Positions 1 to 6,387 of a DNA stretch of 42,764 nt are shown piece by piece. The position numbers were made by a program, and so were the translations under genes. The stretch comes from Cytophagales bacterium (GTDB taxonomy: Bacteria; Bacteroidota; Bacteroidia; Cytophagales; Microscillaceae), in the NCBI GenBank assembly GCA_038248005.1, contig JBBRUH010000001.1, positions 1 to 42,764 on the forward strand, in the 5' to 3' direction. A model generated the notes under the pieces. That model ran no database searches. It saw only the letters and a list, made by a program, of their open reading frames with translations, and was not told where the DNA came from. Each line of letters starts with the position of its first letter. The stretch's first letter is position 1.

Positions 1-208
1 TCGAGATAATGAAAGGCAAAAGAGGTAGCCAAGTAAAAGTGCATGCTGGCTAAAGGGTTGATTTAGTGAAGGGTTGAGGGATTGATTTAATGAGTAACCT
101 TCCTGTCATTCTCTTAGAAATATGAAGGTGTGTCAAAAAGCCATCATATAATAAAACCATATATACCATTGTCAAGGTAAAAAACTGTTTTGAAACGCAC
201 TGCACCTC

Positions 209-260
209 AGTTCGTGTCTTCACGAGCCGAAATTAATACTGGTTCGTGAAGACACGAACT
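209..260. repeat. Paired GTCTTC/GAAGAC-core hairpins (REP-like intergenic palindromic element)
   Basis: agttcgtgtcttcacga (209-225) is the exact reverse complement of tcgtgaagacacgaact (244-260). Each arm can also fold locally around a TCTT or AAGA loop. The same core recurs at 9756-9779, 15179-15235, 41289-41345 and 42224-42247. Confidence 0.7.
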
Positions 261-304
261 AGGGAAAAGAAACATTAGAGTTGTTACGTGCAGACTACCA
301 ACAC

Positions 305-346
305 TTTAGCTTTTTTACAACCACATAGACACATAGAAAACATAGG
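305..346 (+). repeat. Copy of a TTTAGCTTTTTT + iterated ACAnAGA repeat module
   Basis: tttagcttttttacaaccacatagacacatagaaaacatagg aligns by eye with tttagcttttttggaacacagatgacacagatttagcgg at 13000-13038. The upstream gaaacgcact (193-202) also matches gaaaaacgcact near 12938. Confidence 0.5.
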
Positions 347-476
347 AAATTGTTTACGAAAAGCTTTTGTATTAGCTTATCATTCCAAGATTCCCAAATG
401 AAAAATTGATGTAAATCATTGAAAATCAAGAAGTAACAACTTTATCAAACCGATACTGTTATTTGATACTGAAAAT

Positions 477-1265
477 ATGAATACTGAACTACTACCATAC
501 CAAGAACTTATCATCTCTGTGGCTCAAAAAGCAGGGAAAGCCATTTTAGAAATCTATCATTCTGCTGACTTTGGGATAGAAGCCAAGGCTGATAACTCTC
601 CCCTTACGCTTGCCGACCAAGCTGCACATCAAGTCATTGTAGAGAGCTTAAAAGATACGCCTTTTCCAATGTTGAGTGAAGAAGGTAAAAGTATTGAGTA
701 CTCCGAAAGAAAAGATTGGGAATACTTCTGGATGGTAGATCCTTTGGATGGTACCAAAGAATTTATCAAAAAAAATGGAGAATTTACGGTCAATATTGCC
801 TTGATTCACCAAAATAGACCCGTACTAGGGGTGGTGCATGCTCCTGTGTTAGGCACTACTTTTTATGCACTCAAAGGGCAAGGATGCTACAAACAAGTAG
901 GAGATGAAAGACAAAAACTACTCGCAGATGATACAGATACTCTTCCAGAGGTGTTTAAAATCATTGCTTCACGCTCACACATGAACGAGGAAACTACCCA
1001 ATTCATCAATCAATATCCAACTCATGAGTTACTGAGCATGGGAAGCTCGCTTAAATTTACATTGATTGCAGAAGGAAAAGCACATGTCTATCCAAGAGCT
1101 GCCCCTACGATGGAATGGGACACTGCCGCAGCTCAAATCGTAGTGGAAGAAGCAGGTGGACAAGTATTTCAGTTTGGGACAGAGAATCCAGTGCTATATA
1201 ATAAAGAAAATCTCCTAAATCCTTACTTCGTAGTGTATGGCAAACCCATTTATGCACTTTCTTAG
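477..1265 (+). CDS. cysQ: 3'(2'),5'-bisphosphate nucleotidase (CysQ, inositol monophosphatase fold)
   Basis: 262-aa ORF. The block WMVDPLDGTKEFIKKNGEFTVNIALI is near-identical to the CysQ signature. It also has the LSEEGK metal site and the WDTAAAQIVVEEAGG motif. Confidence 0.9.
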   Translation: MNTELLPYQELIISVAQKAGKAILEIYHSADFGIEAKADNSPLTLADQAAHQVIVESLKDTPFPMLSEEGKSIEYSERKDWEYFWMVDPLDGTKEFIKKNGEFTVNIALIHQNRPVLGVVHAPVLGTTFYALKGQGCYKQVGDERQKLLADDTDTLPEVFKIIASRSHMNEETTQFINQYPTHELLSMGSSLKFTLIAEGKAHVYPRAAPTMEWDTAAAQIVVEEAGGQVFQFGTENPVLYNKENLLNPYFVVYGKPIYALS

Positions 1266-1322
1266 TATGCCAAATCAATAAACTTTGTAACTTTGCGACC
1301 GAATTAATATTGAACAATAACA

Positions 1323-2192
1323 ATGAACGAAACAATCCAAAATATAGAAGCTGAAGAGCAATGGACAGAAATCATTAGCCCAAAAAAAAGCTGGTTTGAT
1401 TTAAGGCTAGGAGAACTCTGGCGTTACCGAGATTTAGTAGCACTTTTTGTGAGGAGAGATTTTGTAGCAGTCTATAAACAAACTATCTTAGGACCACTCT
1501 GGCACATTATACAGCCTTTGATGACTACAGTGGTTTTTACCATTATTTTTGGACGAATTGCAGGAATTTCTACAGATGGTCAGCCGCAGTTTTTGTTTTA
1601 TATGTGTGGAGTTACTATCTGGAATTACTTCTCTGGATGCTTGAGCAAAACCGCCAATGTCTTTACTGCCAATGCTGCTGTGTTTGGTAAGGTTTATTTT
1701 CCTCGCCTTACGGTGCCTGTAGCTACAGTGATTAGTGGTTTGATTTCCTTTGGGATTCAGATGGTTCTTTTCTTGCTATTTTATGTCTATTATCTTGCTA
1801 TAGGCACTGATCTTAAACCCAATATTTGGTTACTTGCTATTCCTTTCTTTGTCATCATCATGGCAGTATTAGGACTAGGATTAGGGATTTTGATTTCTTC
1901 TATGACTACCAAATACAAAGATTTAGTGCAACTTGTTACCTTTGGTGTACAGCTATTTATGTATGCTTCTCCCGTGATTTATCCTATGTCTGCACTTTCA
2001 CCAGAAGCACAGTTTTACCTTTCTTTTAATCCTGTCGCTCCTATTATAGAAGGATTCAGATATGCTTTCTTTGGGACAGGTGCTTTTACTTTAGAGATGC
2101 TTCTGTATAGTTTGGGAGTTACTACATTTATGTTTTTGATAGGTTTAGCTTTATTCCATCGTGTAGAAAAAACCTTTATGGATACAGTTTAA
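1323..2192 (+). CDS. ABC-2 type polysaccharide/O-antigen exporter permease (Wzm/TagG/KpsM-like)
   Basis: 289 aa with about 6 TM segments. The N-terminal LWRYRDLVALFVRRDFVAVYKQTILGPLWHIIQPL is typical of the ABC-2 permease family. It lies 57 nt downstream of cysQ. Confidence 0.85.
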   Translation: MNETIQNIEAEEQWTEIISPKKSWFDLRLGELWRYRDLVALFVRRDFVAVYKQTILGPLWHIIQPLMTTVVFTIIFGRIAGISTDGQPQFLFYMCGVTIWNYFSGCLSKTANVFTANAAVFGKVYFPRLTVPVATVISGLISFGIQMVLFLLFYVYYLAIGTDLKPNIWLLAIPFFVIIMAVLGLGLGILISSMTTKYKDLVQLVTFGVQLFMYASPVIYPMSALSPEAQFYLSFNPVAPIIEGFRYAFFGTGAFTLEMLLYSLGVTTFMFLIGLALFHRVEKTFMDTV

Positions 2193-2342
2193 ATTACTGA
2201 TAATAAGATATTTATATAAAAGAATGACTGCTTTAATTCAAATTATACTGGAGTTATTTGACAGTTAATAGTCATTTGAATTTAAAGGTTGAACATTAGT
2301 CTTATTTTGGTGAAACACCTTGCTAGGAGTTTAAAGGATACT

Positions 2343-2375
2343 AGACTTTCCAAGTCTGACAGACTTGGAAAGTCT
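2343..2375. repeat. Perfect 14-bp stem / 5-nt loop palindrome
   Basis: agactttccaagtc (2343-2356), loop tgaca, gacttggaaagtct (2362-2375). No adjacent T-run on either strand. It lies in the 365-nt gap between the permease gene and lgt. Confidence 0.6.
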
Positions 2376-2582
2376 AAAAACTCTAGAGACTATGTATTAT
2401 TAAACTCTAAATGTTTGCACTAATATTCAAATCAGGATAGTCATCTTTATATTTATTCTGATTTAAAAGTAAAGCTTTTCTTAGAGTAGCTCATTACTTT
2501 CAAAAAGTAAATTAAAGAAACAAAAACTCTCAAGGAACAAGCTATTTTAATCAAGGAATGGCTAATTTTTCAGATTGCTTCT

Positions 2583-2590
2583 TATATTTG
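2583..2590 (+). promoter_or_regulatory. Candidate Bacteroidota -7 promoter box (TAnnTTTG) for lgt
   Basis: TATATTTG lies 21 nt upstream of the ATG at 2612. I found no clear -33 TTTG. The box sits inside the 5' extension of the computed ORF, which argues for the 2612 start. Confidence 0.3.
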
Positions 2591-2611
2591 CGACTTAACA
2601 AAAGAATAAAA

Positions 2612-3703
2612 ATGCTGAGTTATATTATTTGGAACGTAAGACCCGAGATTTTTAGTAGTTTACCTGTACGCTGGTATGGATTACTTTTTGCACTAGGATT
2701 TTTAGTAGGGCAATACATCGTAGGCTGGATGTTTAAGGTAGAAAATAAGCCTCAGAAAGACCTAGAAAAGCTGATGATTTATATGGTAGTGGCTACTATC
2801 TTGGGTGCAAGATTAGGACACTGCTTATTTTACCAACCTGATTATTACCTGAGTAATCCGATAGAAATTTTAAAAATCTGGGAAGGTGGCTTGGCTAGTC
2901 ATGGGGCAGCTGTCGGGATTTTATTGGCTTTATATCTTTATTCTCGCAAACGCAAAGGACAAAATTTTTTGTGGGTGGTAGATAGAGTAGTGGTAGTAGT
3001 AGCTTTGGCAGGTGCATTTATCAGAATGGGCAATCTTATGAACTCAGAAATCATAGGCAAGCCGTATGATGGTACTACAGCATTTGTGTTTACGTATAGC
3101 TTAGATGAAGCACTTAAAAGCTATGATGGACTTTATTTTGACTATGCCGAAAAAAAAAGGGCAGGTACACCAGATACCACCGTAGCAGACATTACTTACA
3201 TTCCATTGAATATTACACTTCATTTTGATAAAAAAATAGATGAAACAGGTGTTCGTAACTTTATGAACAATAACTGGTCACGCTCTCTGCAAGCTGGTGA
3301 AGTTAGCAAACATTATAAATATTTTGGGAAAATGCCTCCCCCTTATACTTTTGAGAATGGGCGAGAAGGCATCAGTGTCAAGACCGATGTGTATGGCATT
3401 CCTAGACATCCATCACAGCTTTATGAGTCTATCTCTTCATTTTTTGTATTTGTGCTCTTACTCGGGATATACTTTAAATACCGAGCTAGAACTCCAGAAG
3501 GTTTACTCTTTGGCTTATTTATGATTTTGATTTTTACCTCAAGATTTTTGATAGAATTTTTAAAAGAAAATCAAGTAAGCTGGGAAGATGGAAGAGCATT
3601 TAACCAAGGGCAGTTGCTCAGTATTCCTGCCATTTTGATAGGTCTAGTAGCGTTGTTTTTTGCTTACAAAAACAGAAATAAGCAACCCCAAGAAGAAGAA
3701 TAA
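2612..3703 (+). CDS. lgt: Prolipoprotein diacylglyceryl transferase (Lgt) with an enlarged head insertion
   Basis: Motifs WYGLLFALGFLVG, GARLGHCLFY, IWEGGLASHGAAVG, RMGNLMNSE and RHPSQLYES. The ORF opens at 2558, but the Lgt-like N-terminus starts at Met 2612. Confidence 0.85.
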   Translation: MLSYIIWNVRPEIFSSLPVRWYGLLFALGFLVGQYIVGWMFKVENKPQKDLEKLMIYMVVATILGARLGHCLFYQPDYYLSNPIEILKIWEGGLASHGAAVGILLALYLYSRKRKGQNFLWVVDRVVVVVALAGAFIRMGNLMNSEIIGKPYDGTTAFVFTYSLDEALKSYDGLYFDYAEKKRAGTPDTTVADITYIPLNITLHFDKKIDETGVRNFMNNNWSRSLQAGEVSKHYKYFGKMPPPYTFENGREGISVKTDVYGIPRHPSQLYESISSFFVFVLLLGIYFKYRARTPEGLLFGLFMILIFTSRFLIEFLKENQVSWEDGRAFNQGQLLSIPAILIGLVALFFAYKNRNKQPQEEE

Positions 3704-3706
3704 ACG

Positions 3707-3829
3707 ATGATACAACTCCAACGTCTCAATATGGACTCTGCTTGGTATCTAAAGTGGGATGAAACAAGCTTGCTGATAGATTCATGGCTTATAGGCTCTG
3801 AGGTGGATAGATTCAAATACCCACGATGA
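3707..3829 (+). pseudogene. 40-codon remnant resembling the N-terminus of an MBL-fold metallo-hydrolase
   Basis: It translates to MIQLQRLNMDSAWYLKWDETSLLIDSWLIGSEVDRFKYPR then stop. The pattern (L..DS.W.L......LLID.WL.GS) matches N-termini of MBL-fold hydrolases, but the metal-binding HxHxDH region is missing. Confidence 0.35.
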
Positions 3830-4121
3830 AGATGAAAATGAAAGGAATCGTTTCAAAGTTAACTAAAGTAAAACTTCCCCATTTTGATACAATCATTTCT
3901 CACGAAGATTTTAATTTTATAAAGTCTGAAAACTATGAGCTTTTTTCTATTGAAGATTAGTTGTTTAAGATTTATTTTTGGGTTTTTTCAAGAGTTTTTA
4001 TTACATCTAGGCTTAAAATTTGTCATTTGGTATGAGCTTGGATATTTTTTTGCTAATTAAGTTTAAGATTTTAAATCTTAAAGATACACAATAGCCAAGA
4101 ATGAACAAATAAAATACATTC

Positions 4122-6380
4122 ATGAAAAATAGATACACATACTTTAAGTTCACAAACCAGCAATTTGTATTCTTAGGTATTTTATTTTGGATTCATCTTT
4201 CACTGTCAGTACAAGCCCAAGAGGATTCCACAAAATCAGAAAACGTATTCCGTTTAGAGGTTGAAGATATTTTTGCTCAAGAAAAAGAAAAAGTATCTAT
4301 TAGCAACATGATTGCCTCAGTAACAGGCAAATCTGAAAATACTTTTGAAGTTCCAGTAGGGGCATCTGTGATTACCCAAGAAGATATACAGGCTTCTGGC
4401 TGTCTTAATATCCCTGAAGCTTTGCGTTTATTACCTGGTGTATTGGTGAGAGAGACTTCTTCTGGAAATTATGACATAAATATAAGAGGGTTTAACAACC
4501 TGCCTCCTGCTACTGACCTTGTCCAACAAGACAATAGCAATACCTTGGTGATGATTGATAATCGCCCGATATTCAACTATTTTTCTGGTGGCACTTTTTG
4601 GGAAACACTTCCTATTGATTTACATGATATAGCCCGCATAGAACTCATCCGTGGGGGTGTTTCTGCTTTGTATGGGCCTAACTCAGTAACTGGTGTTATT
4701 AATATCATCACCAAAAAACCTGAAAAAGAAGGTGCTTATAGCCAAACAGAGCTTCAGTATGGCACACAAAACTCTATTATCACAAGAGGCTCTTTTGGAA
4801 TGTATATCAATGAGCGTGCAAGAATCTGGGCATCTGCTCATTATCAACAACGTGATAGAAGTCAGTCAGAATTGTATGCACTTACGCTACAGAAGTTTAG
4901 CACAACTCCCAGTGATTTTGTCAATTACCAGACGGGTCAGACCTTAGGTCAAGAAGCATTTATGGAGGCTTACCCTGACTTAAACCTATCTCTACGCAAA
5001 GTAGGAATGAATCTATTCGGGACATTTATCCCATTCAAAAAACTAAGAACAGAACTGGCAGTGGGCTTAGAAAACTCTCAGTCTTTGCGTCCTTTTGCAG
5101 AAAACACCTCTACCATTAATTCTACGATGCGTTCTAACTCTTGGTATATTGATGTAAAAAATTATATGGGCAATGCACAACTACAAGTAGCCTATCAGCG
5201 AGGAGAGCAAGAGCCCGGGGTAAATGTATTAGGAAGTCATTTTGACTTTAGTACTCTTGATATCAATGCAGATTATAGCATCAAATCAAAATCAAATTCT
5301 TTTCTTTTAAAACCTTCTATCAGCTACCGCAAAGCCATTTATGATGATACTCCCTATTTTACAAATGCAGGTACTGAGTTTGCTTCAGGTTTACTCAATG
5401 CACGTAGTACATTAGATGATCTTGCAGGGTCATTACAACTAGATTGGACTATCAAAAAAATTCGCTTTGTAGGGGCAGCTAGGTTAGATAAGTACAATAT
5501 CCCTAATGATGTATATACTTCTTATCTTGGTGCTATTAATTATCTACCGCATCCTAATCATTTTTTAAGAATTTCTTATGCCAAATCTAACCAAAGTCCA
5601 TTCTTTGTCAATGTATTAGCAGATTACCAAACTCAACTCATTGCTACTCCTAATCCAGGGGTATTTGCTCGAGTAGAAATAAATGGTAATCCTAATCTTA
5701 ATCTCCTGAAAGCCAAGACCTTAGAAGTAGCTTATCGTATCAAGTTAGGAAAATCTTGGCAAGCAGAAATAGAAGCATTTTATATCCAAAGTGAAGATTT
5801 TAATAAGATTATTCAATCCAATGCACTCATCCCAGGCAGCCCCATTGTATTTGACACACAGTTTAATCGTGGTAATGTAGAGATGAATGCAAACCAGGTT
5901 GGAGTTACCTTTTCTACTGAATATACTTTTAAAAAGGGGAAAATCAGTGTATTTGGTACTTGGCAGAAGACCGATTTACAGAATGCTTCGTTTTTTAGCC
6001 TCACTCCCGAAAGCGACCCTAGTGGTGAGCGTAATACCTCTATACAATCTAATATAAATAACTATGCAGCTACTCCTAGTTTTTATGGGGGTTTCTCTGG
6101 CTACATCAAATTTTCTACAAGGTTTCATCTCTCTAGCAATGCCTATATATTTACTAGACAAGAGATTACACATATCTCAGATGTAATTTTGGTGCGTCCG
6201 ATTAATCCATTTGAAGTTAAATCTAAAATATTACTCAATGCCAAGCTTATTTATCTACCTGTGCAGCAACTAAAATTATTTTTAAATATAAGAAATATAC
6301 TCGGGCAAGATAGCCGTGAATATTACTTTACAGATAGAATCGGAAGTTTGGTATTGATAGGAATGAATTTTGAATTATAA
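4122..6380 (+). CDS. TonB-dependent outer-membrane receptor (plug + beta-barrel, no STN extension)
   Basis: Signal peptide ending SVQAQ. Plug motifs VITQEDIQASG..NIPEALRLLPGV, DINIRGFN, LVMIDNRP and IELIRGGVSALYGPNSVTGVINIITK, followed by a long beta-strand-rich C-terminal part. Confidence 0.85.
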   Translation: MKNRYTYFKFTNQQFVFLGILFWIHLSLSVQAQEDSTKSENVFRLEVEDIFAQEKEKVSISNMIASVTGKSENTFEVPVGASVITQEDIQASGCLNIPEALRLLPGVLVRETSSGNYDINIRGFNNLPPATDLVQQDNSNTLVMIDNRPIFNYFSGGTFWETLPIDLHDIARIELIRGGVSALYGPNSVTGVINIITKKPEKEGAYSQTELQYGTQNSIITRGSFGMYINERARIWASAHYQQRDRSQSELYALTLQKFSTTPSDFVNYQTGQTLGQEAFMEAYPDLNLSLRKVGMNLFGTFIPFKKLRTELAVGLENSQSLRPFAENTSTINSTMRSNSWYIDVKNYMGNAQLQVAYQRGEQEPGVNVLGSHFDFSTLDINADYSIKSKSNSFLLKPSISYRKAIYDDTPYFTNAGTEFASGLLNARSTLDDLAGSLQLDWTIKKIRFVGAARLDKYNIPNDVYTSYLGAINYLPHPNHFLRISYAKSNQSPFFVNVLADYQTQLIATPNPGVFARVEINGNPNLNLLKAKTLEVAYRIKLGKSWQAEIEAFYIQSEDFNKIIQSNALIPGSPIVFDTQFNRGNVEMNANQVGVTFSTEYTFKKGKISVFGTWQKTDLQNASFFSLTPESDPSGERNTSIQSNINNYAATPSFYGGFSGYIKFSTRFHLSSNAYIFTRQEITHISDVILVRPINPFEVKSKILLNAKLIYLPVQQLKLFLNIRNILGQDSREYYFTDRIGSLVLIGMNFEL

Positions 6381-6387
6381 ATATTCT

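Noticed and set aside
209-260. Interpreting the conserved GAAGAC hexamer as a restriction-modification (BbsI-type) target under selection.
   Set aside because: The hexamer is conserved only at hairpin apices in intergenic repeats, and no R-M genes are in the window. A structural or repeat-family explanation is simpler.
1105-1335. Short ORFs nested in or antisense to well-supported genes: 1105-1335, 1826-2029, 3297-3524, 4693-4947, 5813-6004, 5976-6173, 8541-8804, 9179-9475, 9926-10168, 10009-10191, 11782-11994, 14734-14973, 15965-16207, 16432-16632, 17866-18063, 22620-22856, 23543-23755, 27768-27983, 31050-31259, 31695-31910, 34625-34895, 35150-35347, 35824-36021, 36388-36612, 38455-38685, 40372-40653, 40945-41148, 42136-42345.
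   Set aside because: Each overlaps a longer ORF that has clear family motifs. They have no recognisable motifs and show low-complexity or odd composition, so I treat them as non-coding.
3840-4121. Possible riboswitch or leader (for example cobalamin) upstream of the TonB-dependent receptor.
   Set aside because: I could find no B12-box-like or other conserved riboswitch core, only AT-rich sequence with short local repeats.
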